Shown here in pieces: positions 25,719 to 38,149 of a stretch of 53,941 bases of DNA. This DNA is from Octopus sinensis (Eukaryota), in NCBI RefSeq assembly GCF_006345805.1, contig NW_021835271.1, positions 1-53,941 of the forward strand, read 5' to 3'. The notes beneath the pieces were generated by a model, which made no database searches, was not told where the DNA came from, and saw nothing but the letters and a program-made list of their open reading frames with translations. Each line of letters opens with the position of its first letter. Within the stretch, counting starts at the first letter, position 1. The position numbers and the translations under genes are program-made.

Positions 25719-26209
25719 TAACTAAAAAAATGTATGATAGATTGCAGTTAATTCATTCTCTCTTACCTGTTTGTGTCTGCCTTCCAAATGCTGTTTTTAC
25801 TGAGATCTCCCTTTTTTAGTAGAAGAAATAGCTATAACCCTTTGACTGCTATTTCTAAATTCGGTATGTGGTAAGGCAACTCGTTGCTAAACCCTTATTG
25901 CTTAGTATTATATATATATATATGTAAACTAATAGTAGGTTATTTATGATCAACCCTCTCTCTCTCTCCCCACCACGACCATGTAGCTATTATTTTCAGT
26001 GGAGCAGGATATGTTTTGGCTCATTAATTAGTAGAAGATTCTGGTGAGCGTAAATAGGTAATTACTTGAAATAATCAAGAAAGAAAACAATATAATTGGT
26101 AGCATCAATGGAAAGAACAATTAAAACACCTTAAAATTATAATTAAAAATAAAATTAAATATAAAATAAAGAAACCGAAGAATATCATAATAACAACAAC
26201 GGTTTCAAA

Positions 26210-26370
26210 TTTTGGCACAAGGCCAGCAATTTTGGAGATGGGGTTAAATCGATTAGATCCATCACAATGCCTATCTAGTACTTATTTTATCGACCTCCGA
26301 AAGAATGAAAGACAAAGGCGACCTTTGCGGAATATGAACTCTGAACCTAGAGATTGATGAAAGGCTGCTA
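26210..26370 (-). mobile_element. SINE family A (diverged)
   Basis: cacaaggccagcaatttt...gaatgaaagacaaaggcgacc. Confidence 0.7.
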
Positions 26371-26563
26371 AGCAGCAGCAACAACTGCAGCAGCAACAAC
26401 TGCAGCAGCAGCAGCAACACTGACACCATCGAAATGTTACACCGTCAGCACCAACATCACTGTGTCATCATCATCATCATCTTTATCATCATCAAAAATA
26501 ATCATAACAACAGCATTAGAAGAAAAAAATGATAACTGCATCAACAACTAGAGCCACAATAAC

Positions 26564-26624
<61 letters not shown>

Positions 26625-26628
<4 letters not shown>

Positions 26629-27183
26629 GCCCTGATGCAGTATCAGGCAGTGGCTCTCATGGCTTCTGATCTTAACTGATTGGAAGTGTCATCATGTACA
26701 TTGTTTTGTCTTGGTATAAAAGATGGGCTACAGCAAATATTCTGCTCAATACCACAGATTTGCTTGTCAGTTGTTTGACCTTAACCAGTTGAGCATGTCC
26801 CTTAGTGGCTTACGATATGTGCATCTCTGATCACGAGCAGAAGTAGTGGGGGAGCATCATAGCCATGTGTTCAGAGGGATTCTTTGGGGTTTGAATAATT
26901 CACCTCTGGAAACATGGGTGGTCCTTTCAACATCCTTAAACAACCCTTATTCAGGGACCTTTTGAGCGGGATGGGCTACTCAACCTGAAGAAAATTCTAA
27001 CTGGGCCCCCACCTGCAAGGTCATGTGCTGTTTATCTTGATATGAGATCACCATGTCGCGCACATATGGTTGTGATGCATGTGCCTGGTGTACCCTTATC
27101 AGACGGGTAGTCATGATGGGTATATTGGGCTTCGTATATTTTACACCAGTGTCACTTTGATGGCATGCACTGCTCTCTCACTC
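26625..27183 (-). mobile_element. ~558-bp TAA-embedded element, copy 6
   Basis: Runs aaatgccctgatgcag...ctctctcactc, flanked by (AAT)n. Confidence 0.85.
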
Positions 27184-27243
27184 AATAATAATAATAACAA
27201 CAACAACAACAACAGCAACAACAACAACAACAACAATAATAAC

Positions 27244-27281
<38 letters not shown>

Positions 27282-27323
27282 CAACAACAACAGCAACAAC
27301 AACAACAACAACACAACAACAAC

Positions 27324-27358
<35 letters not shown>

Positions 27359-27481
27359 CAACAACAACAACAGCAGCAGCAACAACAACAACAACAACAA
27401 TAATAATAATAATAATAATAACAACAACAACAACAACAGCAACAACAACAACAACAACAACAACAATAATAATAATAATAA

Positions 27482-27520
<39 letters not shown>
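27184..27520. repeat. (AAT)n/(AAC)n compound microsatellite
   Basis: Directly visible. Confidence 0.95.
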
Positions 27521-27522
<2 letters not shown>

Positions 27523-30242
27523 GACAGACATAATATTGCCAACAAAAGTGAAATAATCAACGAAAGACAACAAACCCAGACCGTAAGAATGTATAATGAT
27601 GAGCAAAATGCACAAAAGCAGAACACCACAGAGGAAAATGTGAACGGGAGGGAATAGGAAACAAATCTAAAACCTGGAAACAGTGAAGATGAACCTAATG
27701 ATTTTGATGCTCTAAAAAATGAGCTGAAAGCCACAGACCTCAGTATGGACCACCGAGTGTATCTCCCAAAAATTAAAATTGATAATAAAACTGCATCAAA
27801 TATGAATAGCATGAAACTGGCCGTCACAGAACTAATAGCCATATGTCAATGTCACCGAGCTAAAAGGCATAATATATGGCCGCAAAAGAAGCTGGATACT
27901 CCCTCAGACACCTCCAAACAAGAGTACCACCACCCAAACAAACCCTGTGGATAAATAATATCCAGAAAAATAGAAAACAAGAGAAAATATCTGTCAATCC
28001 TTAACGAAACTAGTAGACAATCAACACTACTAACCAACAAGAAGTGTACAAAAATACTGTGTCGATACAAAATTACAGAAAATAGTTTACCTGAGGTAAA
28101 AGCATTAGGTGAAGCAAGAGAAAACTATCCTAATTCGCAAATTCACTGAAACAGCAAACCCACAAAATTACAGACCAATAACTTGTCTCCTTACAATTTA
28201 CAAAGGCTTTACTGCAATAATATTTTTGAGAATGAGCAAGCATCTGGAAAAATACAACCTGTTTCCAGAAGAGCAGAAATATTGCAAGGGTTCATACGGT
28301 TGCAAAGATCAGCTACTGATCAATAAAGCCATAAATGAAGACAGACGCAGAAAGAAGAAGGGTCTAAGTATGCCCTGGATCGATTACCGAAAGACTTTTG
28401 ATAGTATTCCCCACACATCGATCCTAGAAACACTAGTCATAAACAAGGTAGCACAAATATTCATAAAATATATAGCACATTCCATGAATAAATAGCAGAC
28501 AGTGTTACAGCACCAGAGAAAAGAGGAACTCATTAAAAACAAAGCCATCCCCATTAAAAGAAGAATATTCCAGGGAGACACATACTCCCTATTCCTTTTC
28601 TGCTTGGTACGGACACCCTTATCTGACATGCTAAACGGAACTGGATATGAAGACAACTGTTACGGCAAAACAATCAGCCACTTCTTATATATGGATGAGC
28701 TAAAACTGTATACTACACATGATAAACAGCTGGAAACGTTACTACAGACAGTACATGGATTTACCAAATAAATAAATATGAAATTTGACTGAGAAAAATG
28801 TGCCAAAGCAACATTGAAAAGAGGAAAACTAACTAAGAGTAACAACATCACACTAGATAAAGCAAATGAAATAAGGGAATTAGACCAAAGCCAGGCATAC
28901 AAATATTTAGGAATCAATGAACTTGATACGATACAACATACACAAATGAAAGAGAAAATAAAAAAAAAGAATACTATAGACGAGTTAGATTAATACTGAA
29001 AACAGAGCTCAATGCGAAAAACAATATAATAGGAATCAACACTCTAGCTGTCCTAGTTATTAGTTACAGCTACAATATTCTTGACTGGACACTAAATGAA
29101 CTAACCAAAATAGACAGGAAAACAAGAAAAATAATGACAGGATCTAGGATGCACCACCCAAAATCTGACATAGAAACGTTATATATACAACATATAGAAG
29201 GTGGTAGCGGCCTTATACATCTAGACAACTATTACAAAATAACCACCATAGAACTACAAGAACACCTGCTTCAGAAGCAAGGAAAACTAATACAAATAGC
29301 CGCATAAAACGAATAAAAACTGTTTTGTCTTTAAGGAAACTTACAAATACAAAAAAAGTAGTCATAGTACCTAATAACTACGAAGAAAATGAAGAAACAA
29401 GAAATGCTGTAAAACAACTGAAGTCGAAACTAAAACTGGAACAGCAACGGATCATGATAAAACGATGGCAAGAAAAGCCCCTTCATGGCAAATACTGGAC
29501 TAAACTAAATGCAAAAGAAATAGACAAAGAAAAATCCCAACAATGGTTGTGAAGCTCAGGGCTCAAAGCAGAAACGGAAGGATTTTTAATTTCAGCACAA
29601 GACCAAAGCCTCCCCACAAGAACTTACTGTGAACATACAATGAAACGAAACATAACAAGTGACTGCAGAATATTTGGAGATGGACAAGAACCAATACACC
29701 ATATTATCTCTGGCTGCCTAGTCCTGATTAAAAACGAATATATACACTGACACAACAGAGTTGGGACCTATATATACACTCGAAGCTATGCCAACACTAT
29801 GGAATATCAACAGAAAGTAGATGGTATAGGCACACACCAGAATAGCTTACAGAAAATGAGAAGGTATCCATACTATGGGATATGTCAATACACACAGGTA
29901 CAGAAATTAAGGCCAAAATGCCGGATATAGTTGCCAGAGATCATCAAGAAAACAAATGCTTTGTAATCGATGGAGAAACTTTCAAAATACAAAAACCTGG
30001 AAATAGAAGTAACTCGAATATGGAGTCTGAAAACAGAAACAATTCTCATTATAGTTGGTGCATTAAGTACGAAAAAGAAAAACAATACATAAAAACACCA
30101 GTACTAACAAGTATATATAACGTAAAACACTTTCAATACAGTAAAAATAAGAGCATCACAACAAACCATAGCACATACCCAAGGAACAGAGCTGTGCTCG
30201 GTAGTCCAGTGAAAACATGTGATAAATATTAGACTATTGAAT
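27520..30242 (+). mobile_element. R4/Dong-clade RLE non-LTR retrotransposon, 5'-truncated and decayed
   Basis: RT motifs NYRPITCL, IDYRKTFDSIPH, IFQGD, HFLYMDELKLY and YKYLG. C-terminal CRIFG..EPIHHIISGC..HNRVG and PDIV (RLE). Ends in (TAA)n at 30243 and begins in (TAA)n. Confidence 0.88.
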
Positions 30243-30299
30243 GATAATAATAATAATAATCGTCATTTCTTCTATAAATTATTGTTTGCAGGGAGCAAG

Positions 30300-30455
30300 T
30301 GAATCTGAAATTTGTGGGGAGTGGGTAAGTCGATTACATCAACCCCAGTACTCAACTGGTACTTACAAAAGATGAAAGGCAAAGACGACTACGGCGGGAT
30401 TTGAACTCAGAATGTAAAGCCGGAGGAAAATGCCGCTAAGCATTTCGCCCGATTC
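30300..30455 (-). mobile_element. SINE family A
   Basis: gtcgattacatcaaccccagtactcaactgg...ggatttgaactcagaatgtaaag. Confidence 0.75.
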
Positions 30456-31439
30456 TTACAACAACAACAACCTGTTTATCACAATACACATCAGTCATTA
30501 TTCCTATTGAATAAGGAGAACTCCTGGGCACAGAAAGGGTGGAGATCGGACATGTTGATGCACTTCATGGCTTTGTAAATGTTTAAATATTCTTTATAAT
30601 TTGAATAAAAGAAAACTTACAAAATAAATGTTGTTGTTGTTGTCATCGTCATCGTCGTTGTTGTTGTTGTTGTTTAGGTCCAAGTCAGTCCTGATGAGGA
30701 TCGTTCAGGCCGAGAATATTCCCATGAAGTGCTATGCTTCTGCTTAACATGGATACAAAGTCATATATTTGGTCGGGAAAAAGAGGAGGAGGAAGAGGTG
30801 CCAGGCGGTTAAATGGACCTCAGCATAAAACTGGTATTATAGTTTATTGATTCGGGAAGGCTACAAACCAGAGTCACCTTGGCGGGATTTGAACTCAAAA
30901 TGTAAAGATCCGGAATACATTAGAGCAATGCAAACCATCTCAACTGATTCTTGATAGCCAATCCACCATGGCCATCAAGGACGATATATTCAATTCTCTA
31001 ATTTACCATTGTTCAGATGTTATGTTTTCATATTCCAAAACGGTTTTGATGCTGTTTGTAGCAGATCAAGTAAGAACGGAGTCACGGGGTTAGTACCTGA
31101 AGATGTGTGTGTACGTGTGTGTGTGTGGTGTGTGTGTGTGTGTGGTGTGTGTGTGTGGTGCGTGTGTGTGTGTGTGTGTGTGCGTGTGTGTGTGCGAGTG
31201 AGAGCCTGCATGTGTGCGGGTATTCGTGGATTTGAGCGCGTGTATGGACATAAGGATGCAAATACAGACATTCATCCAACATTCCATACGTGCCCCCCCA
31301 CACACACACACGCACGCACGCACACTCCATTGCGCACGCACAGACACGCACACGCACATACAGAAACACACATATAGTTATCACGTAATCGACCAGACTA
31401 TCAGATACGGTTATACATCGCTACTCACAGTTCGCTTTA

Positions 31440-31630
31440 CATTGTTTTCGCATTGGAAAGATGCCACCCCACCCTCTCGGTGAGCAAATCAACATCTACA
31501 GCTGAGTGGATGGACGGCGACGGGAAATGAAGTGCCTTGCTCAAGAGCAGAGCGACCCGTTCCGGCCAGGAATCGAAACCACAACGGTCGGTCCAATGCA
31601 ACGCCCTAATATCTAGGCCACGCGCAGGCA
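31440..31630 (-). mobile_element. tRNA-derived SINE fragment
   Basis: cagctgagtgga...gtgccttgctcaag...gaatcgaaacc...taggccacgc. Confidence 0.65.
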
Positions 31631-32005
31631 CACACGCACACACACACATACACACACACACACACACACACATGCACACATGCACACACACTTATACATA
31701 CATATACACATACATACATCCACATACATATATGTATGCATACATACATACATATATACATACACACATAAACTCATTCTAACATACAACATCCACATAC
31801 ACACACACACTCACACACACACCAACACACACTTATACATACACATACACATACAAACATACATACACACACATTCATACATGCATGCATACATGCATAC
31901 GTACATATATATTTATACATACATACACATATAGATATGGATTTGCGTATGAGTGTGTTTGCGTGTGTGTTTTTGCTCTGTGTGTGTGTTTGCCTGTATT
32001 TGTGC

Positions 32006-32039
<34 letters not shown>

Positions 32040-32138
32040 AGAGAGAGAATTCCCAAGTGTGGTATATCTTTGCTATATAAGGCTTAACGTAGTTTAATAA
32101 AAAGCTATCAGGAAAAGTCACTCTTACTCATGTCTTTC

Positions 32139-32175
32139 AAAGTTATCTCCCTTGCTGATTAAGGGAGATAACTTT
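32139..32175. repeat. Perfect 15-bp inverted repeat with a 7-nt loop
   Basis: aaagttatctccctt-gctgatt-aagggagataacttt. Confidence 0.9.
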
Positions 32176-32344
32176 TTCTTGCACTGGAAGACTTACGTTA
32201 AGGGTTGTTATCCACGGAAATGAGTTTGCCTTCTAAGTTTCCCACTTCATACTAGAAATAGCAGCCAAATCTGCCTTACAACCATCATACCCTATCAGGG
32301 TATGTTGAACTCAATTAGAGTGTATTGTGTATTCTGGCAAATAG

Positions 32345-32500
32345 GTTGTTCTTGTAGTTGGTAGAATCGTTAACACGACTCGCGAAATGCTTTCCGGCAT
32401 TTCGTCTGTCTTTGTGTTCTGAGTTCGAATTCCGATTTTGCTTTTCATCTTTTTGGGATCGATAAATTTTGCAGAATTGGTCGCAGCTATTTTTGTCTGT
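32345..32500 (+). mobile_element. SINE family A (diverged)
   Basis: tagaatcgttaacacg..gcgaaatgc...gagttcgaattcc. Confidence 0.7.
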
Positions 32501-33094
32501 GTTCAAATCTCGTTCAATCTCCAGCTGCAATTCATCTTTCTCGGGGATCGATAAAGTTAATTCTCACTAAACCAATGTTATGAAGATCCAGAATATCATG
32601 AACCGAAATCCAAATAGGACTTTGAGGCTCCCACGGGTCTCGCCAGTTCCGATTTCTATAATTGAAATGCATCAAAGATTTTATCCGAAATAGTTTGGCG
32701 GAAACCGAATATTGACTGCAAGACACCATTGTGTTAGCGTTCTAGTGAGTCATCTAATAAAGTAAATGGACCTCGATCGATTTCGACGATGATTATTCTG
32801 TCGTCTAATCCACACGAATTATAAACTCCTTTTCCTTTGAATTATGTGTGGTTAGGAAGAGATTGTCTCCCCCTATTTCCTTAACAGACGCCCAGGAACT
32901 GTTGAGATCGATGTCCTGGCAGTTGCAACGCGATAACCTCGGAAAAAGAAAGAAATAAAACAGGAAAAAAAATATGAATAGGACCAAAAATATTCCATAA
33001 GGATGACATCCTGGGAGACATGAATCATAGAGAAAGAAAGCGGGATTATAGTTGTTATTAGTTCGTTGATCATTGTCGAGGATGACCCAGAGCA

Positions 33095-33390
33095 GCGCAT
33101 TCGTTCCTTCTCGAGCCACGCCTGGCTCATAGGGCCGGTTTCCCGGTTTCCTTGGCGTATAGGTTCCCCACCGGACGGGATGCCAGTCCGTCGCAGGCGA
33201 GCTACAAGATGCAGGAGGAAAGAGTGAGAGAAAGTTGTGGCGAAAGAGTCAGCAGAAGTTCGCCATTGCCTTCTGCGTGGAGCTTAGGTGTTTCGCTCAT
33301 AAATACATACATCGCTCGGTCTGAGATTCGAACTCGCGATTCCTCGACCGCGAGTCCGCTATTCTTACCACTAGGCCATGTACTTCCACA
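33095..33390 (-). mobile_element. tRNA-derived SINE
   Basis: Head tggcctagtggtaagaatagcggactcgcggtcg...gagttcgaatc. Shares gagtgagagaaagttgtgg with 16405-16775. Confidence 0.8.
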
Positions 33391-33964
33391 GAGCAGCGCA
33401 TGTGAGAAAGTGTGTGTGTCCAGCTGTGTTCAATCAATTCAATTCATAATTGGAAGGTTTTGTTGCAGATCAGTCGCTGGTGAGTTGCTTGGAATGAAGG
33501 CGAGAAGTTGGCTCTGGACTTGTACAGCTCACGCTGTCTTTGTGCTCCTGTAATCTTGTTCGGATCGTAGAAGGCGGCACCTCTGTTGAAGCAGCTTCAG
33601 CAGGGAGGGCGATAGAAGCGCATTAGCGATGACACGGTCGAAGAGAACAGGTTGAACGAGGGAGTTGGTTATTGGTCAGATGAGGCAGCTGGAGACTATT
33701 CAAGTCTGAAGAGTGAAAGCTTTTGGGAGAGAAAGTAAAAATGACAGGGGGAGAAAGAGAGAGAGGGAGAGAGAGAGAAGGAGAGGGAGAGAGGGAGAAA
33801 GAGACGGAGATGGAGAGAAAGAGGATACAGTTGTTATGTGGTCACTGGATTCTGGAGTGTGTTTGGGAGCGAGACTATGTCAATAGGTCGAGTGGACTTT
33901 TGTATAAATGTGATTTAAGATGTTTGTGTGTAGAACAGCAGTTCAGTCCCAGGAGGGAGCATAA

Positions 33965-34179
33965 GGCGCCGGCGTGAGTGTGTGGTAAGAAATTTGATTC
34001 CCAATTGCATACTTCTGGTTCAGTCTTACTGCGTGGCACCCAGGCTGACAAGGGCTGACCAAGGCTTTGTCAGTGGATTTGGTAGACGGAAACGAAATGT
34101 ATATCAGTGTGTGTGTTAGGCGGGGGTCTCTGTCTGCGTGTGTGTGTGTGTGTATGTATGTGTTTGTGTGTACGGGTGT

Positions 34180-34234
<55 letters not shown>

Positions 34235-34246
34235 CGTGTGTGTGTG

Positions 34247-34286
<40 letters not shown>

Positions 34287-34470
34287 TCCCTCCACCGACT
34301 GACAAATGGTGTCGGCTCGCTTACTTCTCTGCAACTTAGCCGTTCGGCAAAAGGAAATAATAATATAGTTCTTTAAAAACTAACTTCCACGGTCGATTTG
34401 TTCCACTAAAATTTCTCAGAGCCGCGCTCCAACATGGCCACAGTCTAATGACTAAAACAAATAAGTTATA
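33965..34470 (+). mobile_element. SINE family B with internal (GT)n
   Basis: Family B head, ggatttggtagacggaaac, and tail caacatggccacagtctaatgac. Confidence 0.75.
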
Positions 34471-34694
34471 GAAGATATAGTACAGCTAAATTCATGTTTC
34501 ATTTAATAAAAAGTTAAACTCCCAATTTCTCCCATTATACAACCGTTTCAAAATGGTTTCCAACACAGGGACGTAGGCATGCGCACACCGTTATGTATTC
34601 TTCGTAGATACACAGACACGTAAATTTACAGCTGAACTTTATTAATGGTCGCCATATTGATGAGACAATTTATTGCATCTCTTTATTCCCACAA

Positions 34695-35129
34695 TCTCTC
34701 TCTATATATAAAGCTGAAGTTGTCTGTGTATGGCAGGTTTGGTAGCTTTCAACTAACACTATATCCTCCGAGACCCTGCGGCGCAAGTTGACCAAAATTG
34801 AGAGTATAATAGCAGAATTATCAGACCATGTTAACACCAGAAATTATTTACATCAAAAAGGTGCTTTTTTCTATGAAAATCCCTATATTTTTATGATCTT
34901 TTTACTTCTGTGTCACCATTTTTCGGTGTATTTCAACCAGAAAAATGTTCAATTAAAGAGAATAACAAGCTACATAATGCAAAGTCTTTTACTTTTCAAA
35001 AATTGCAATTCTAAAGGGTCAAAACAAACCAGAGCAACGCCGGGCGATACCCCTAGTACAAAGCTAATGATGAGTCCCGGTAAAGTATTTGCAAATGTAT
35101 GGAAAATCAACGCCGGGCGATACTACTAG
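34695..35129 (+). mobile_element. Non-autonomous Helitron with two tandem 3' ends
   Basis: 5' end A|TCTCTCTCTATATATAAAG. 3' ends gagcaacgccgggcgatacccCTAG|T (35056) and caacgccgggcgatactaCTAG|T (35129). Confidence 0.7.
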
Positions 35130-35444
35130 TTTCTTATAAAGCTGTAGGAGAACCGCCGTCATTGGCAGATCGGAGAGAAAGTAATTAAAGAAGAACAACG
35201 AGAGAAATAAAGAGAGAAAAGGAGATAGGGAGAAACCAGGAAAGAAAGACGGAAAGAAGAGGGGCTGAAAGAGATAAAGGTAAAGGGTAAAAAGCGAAAA
35301 ACAGAAAGAAAGTTGGAAAGAAGGAAAATGGGAAAGATGTACAAAAATCGAACCAGTAGTGGACTAGGGTTATAATTCTAAGTACAAAGAGGATAAGAGT
35401 TGGATAAACGATTAGATCTCAACTGGTAGAGTGACTGTGCAAGC

Positions 35445-37426
35445 CAGGCACGTAGCTACGGGGTAGGTTGGGGGGGGGTTATGGAGTGCTCAGCACCCCT
35501 AGTTAGAATCTCAGCCCATCCACTTTTCAAATAATAATACATTGTCGCCATATCTGAAGCAATGTCTGAAGTCGCTAAAGATGCAATGAATTGAATTTCT
35601 TTTGATTTAGTTGTTAGTGATATGAAAACGTGGGTAAATTAGAGCTGATCAAAGTCTTTGTTGTAGTTGTAATTGTTGTCGCAGAATTAGCTGCTGACCC
35701 GGTCATCAACTGTGGGTTGAATTAAGGCGTGGATGATGCTGGGTCTGTTGTTGTTATTGTTGTTGTGGTGGTGCTCGTGGTGGCAACGGTGGTGCTGGTG
35801 ATTGTCCTTATTGCTGTTGAAAAGTATGTGAAGAATTGTTGCTGTAGTTAGAGATTTATGGTAGTAAACGCATCACTACACACATATATACATGAACAGA
35901 GACGGGCATTAAAAAGTCATTTTATTTCTACTAGTCAAAGGGGATTATTATTCGTGAAAAATGGAACGAAATTTTTTGAAATTTCCCAAAATATACATTC
36001 AGAAAGTACTTTTCAGGTGAGAACATTCACTGACCATTTTTTTTTTTACTCTTTGAAAAAAGTTTATACTGAATGAAAAAACTAAACTGTTTGAACCGAA
36101 ATCTCTTTCGAGTTTAATTTTAAAATACATAAATGTTAAGAAATATCGGTGCCCAAAAATAATGAATCACTACCGAAAAAGAAAACTGAAGCAATCATTG
36201 CTGAATTTCCAATCTGATTCATCTAATAATGCTAAGCAGAAGAGAACTGCAAACGAAGTTTTGCAGTTCAAGGGAGGTCTTGCAAAATCTTTGACATCCT
36301 CATTGGATGATCTAGGACAAGTCGACTGCCAACCAGTGCAGCCAGTTCTAGCAAAGTTCGATCCAAAAATTTATCGAAATCAGAGACGTGACTTTTCGTC
36401 AAGCTGGTATACTGGTCATTTATGGTTAGAGTATTCTCTTTCAAAGAAAGCCGTGTTTTGTTTTGATGTTGGCACTTTGATACTTCTGCTCAAGCTGATA
36501 CGTGTTTTATTAAAAATGGATATTCTAATTGGCATCATGCAAAAGAAAAAACAAAGGTTTAAATAAGCACGCAAACTCTGCATCCCTTATCCAAGCTATG
36601 GTAACATGGAAGGAACGCCAACAGCGTTTATCCACAACTTCCGTGTCTTCAATCTTGCAAAATGATCAGTTGAAAAAAAACCGTTATTAAATCAGTTCCA
36701 TTGTTGATATTGTTCATTTTCTTTGTGCAAACGAATTGCCTTTTCGAGGAAACGAAAATGAAGCTTTTCGGGATCTTTATTCGGAAGATGATACGTAGCC
36801 TTGTGGTCTTTTTATGAAATTATTCCAGTACACATTATAGAAAGACTCAAAGCTAATGGAATGTTACGGCACGATTCCAAAAAAATGCGACCTCCACCTC
36901 GAAATCATCGAATTGTTGAGAAGACCCACTGTCAGCCTCGTGGTCGATGTCTATTTGAAACTATATAAAAATGATGTTTAAAGATTTGGCTGTTAACTCT
37001 AGCTTGTAGAAAGACCCTTTAGGCTTAACTATGTGCTTTTTTTTTTTTTTTTTTTGCTTTTTTGTAGCTTCAGCTCAGAGCTTGTTGCTTGCTGAAAATC
37101 ATAAAAAAAAAAATATTGGAGTCGATACATTCGACTAAAATTCTTCGAGGTGGTGCCCCAGGATGGCCTCATTTTAATGATTGCAACAAGTAAAATGAAA
37201 TTAATACGAAATATATCAGATTTTGACCAGGTTAGACGTCAATAAATGTGGAAAAAAATAAAAAGTAACAAAATACCGGAAAAAAAACAAAAAATAACCG
37301 AGAAATATAAGCATGGGGCTTTTGCCCACTTTCACACTTTAAGTTGGAGCTTTTGTCCGTACCCCTGTTCAGCACCCCACCTATCAAGATAGCACCCCCA
37401 GTTGCAATCGGCTGGCTACGTGGCTG
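35445..37426 (+). mobile_element. Internally deleted hAT transposon with TIRs and 8-bp TSD
   Basis: TIRs caggcacgtagc / gctacgtggctg (11/12 match). TSD gtgcaagc at 35437-35444 and 37427-37434. Subterminal agcacccc motifs at both ends. Confidence 0.92.
36162..36920 (+). pseudogene. 5' part of a hAT transposase (TTF-type zinc finger / DUF4371-like), frameshifted
   Basis: RDFSSSWYTGHLWLEYSLSKKAVFCF, GYSNW and CANELPFRG motifs. Confidence 0.8.
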
Positions 37427-37584
37427 GTGCAAGCGATGGAAGACCATAAGAGGTATCTACAGAACTACAATTTTAAAAGAGAGAAAAAGATTTTTCCAAG
37501 AGAATTAAATCAGCAGTTTTTAAAAAGAGTTATGTCCCTTATACGCCATTATTTCGAATTTATACGTGTTTTTCTATCCTGGGC

Positions 37585-37965
37585 ACAAAGCACGGAATTT
37601 TGGAAGAAAGTATCAGTCGATTAGATCGTCTTCAGTACGTAACCGGTACTTAATTTATCGAACCTGAGAGGATGAAAGGCAAAATCGGCCTCGGCAGAAT
37701 TTGAACTTAGAATGTTATAAAACAGACGAAATGCCTATTTCTTTACTACCCACAAGGGGCTAAACACAGAGAGGACAAACAAGGACAGACAAACAGATTA
37801 AGTAGATTATATCGAACCCCGTGCGTAACTGGTGCTTATTTAATCGACCACGAAAGGATGAAAGGCAAAGTCGATCTCGGCGGAATTTGAATTCAGAACG
37901 TAACGGCACATGGAATATGGCTACGCATTTCGCCCGGCGTGCTAACGTCTCTGCCAAGCTCGCCA
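37585..37965 (-). mobile_element. SINE family A, dimeric
   Basis: Two cores joined by the gaaatgcctatttctttactacccacaagggg junction. Confidence 0.85.
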
Positions 37966-38149
37966 ATTTTGTAACTCATAAATATTCGTTTTTGCATTTG
38001 GTTTGCAAAACTCTTTATGTGAATTCGTGTGTTGAAGCATATTTTATTTTGTTTGGGTGAGTCAGTCTCTTTTGGTGCCTTATTACGTAACACACTCATC
38101 GGTTCGATAAGTAAATAAGTAAATGAGTGGAAATCGTACAGTGGAGTCA

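Larger units (their letters stand above)
24301..25910 (+). mobile_element. Retrozyme-like tandem array: 2.65 copies of a 607/608-bp non-coding unit
   Basis: Units start at 24301, 24909 and 25516. The only difference spotted is a 1-nt indel in copy 2. One hammerhead per unit, (TA)n on both flanks, and no ORF of 60 aa or more in the track. Confidence 0.85.

Noticed and set aside
24301-25910. CRISPR array or host gene duplication
   Set aside because: Units are ~608 bp with no repeat-spacer structure, there are no cas genes, and the track lists no ORF of 60 aa or more.
26900-27000. Type II hammerhead inside the 558-bp element (GAAAC ... CTGAAGA)
   Set aside because: Stems I and III cannot be formed consistently across the copies.
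27079-27842. Long ORFs of 192 and 233 aa, and the many I/Y, H/T, C/V and poly-N/D/E ORFs elsewhere
   Set aside because: These are stop-free readings of microsatellites, not genes.
30691-30720. CTGATGAG in a SINE remnant
   Set aside because: No matching GAAA or stems.
33469-33479. 11-nt microexon candidate (ttgcAG-ATCAGTCGCTG-GTgagt)
   Set aside because: Weak polypyrimidine tract and no partner exons, so it is compatible with chance.
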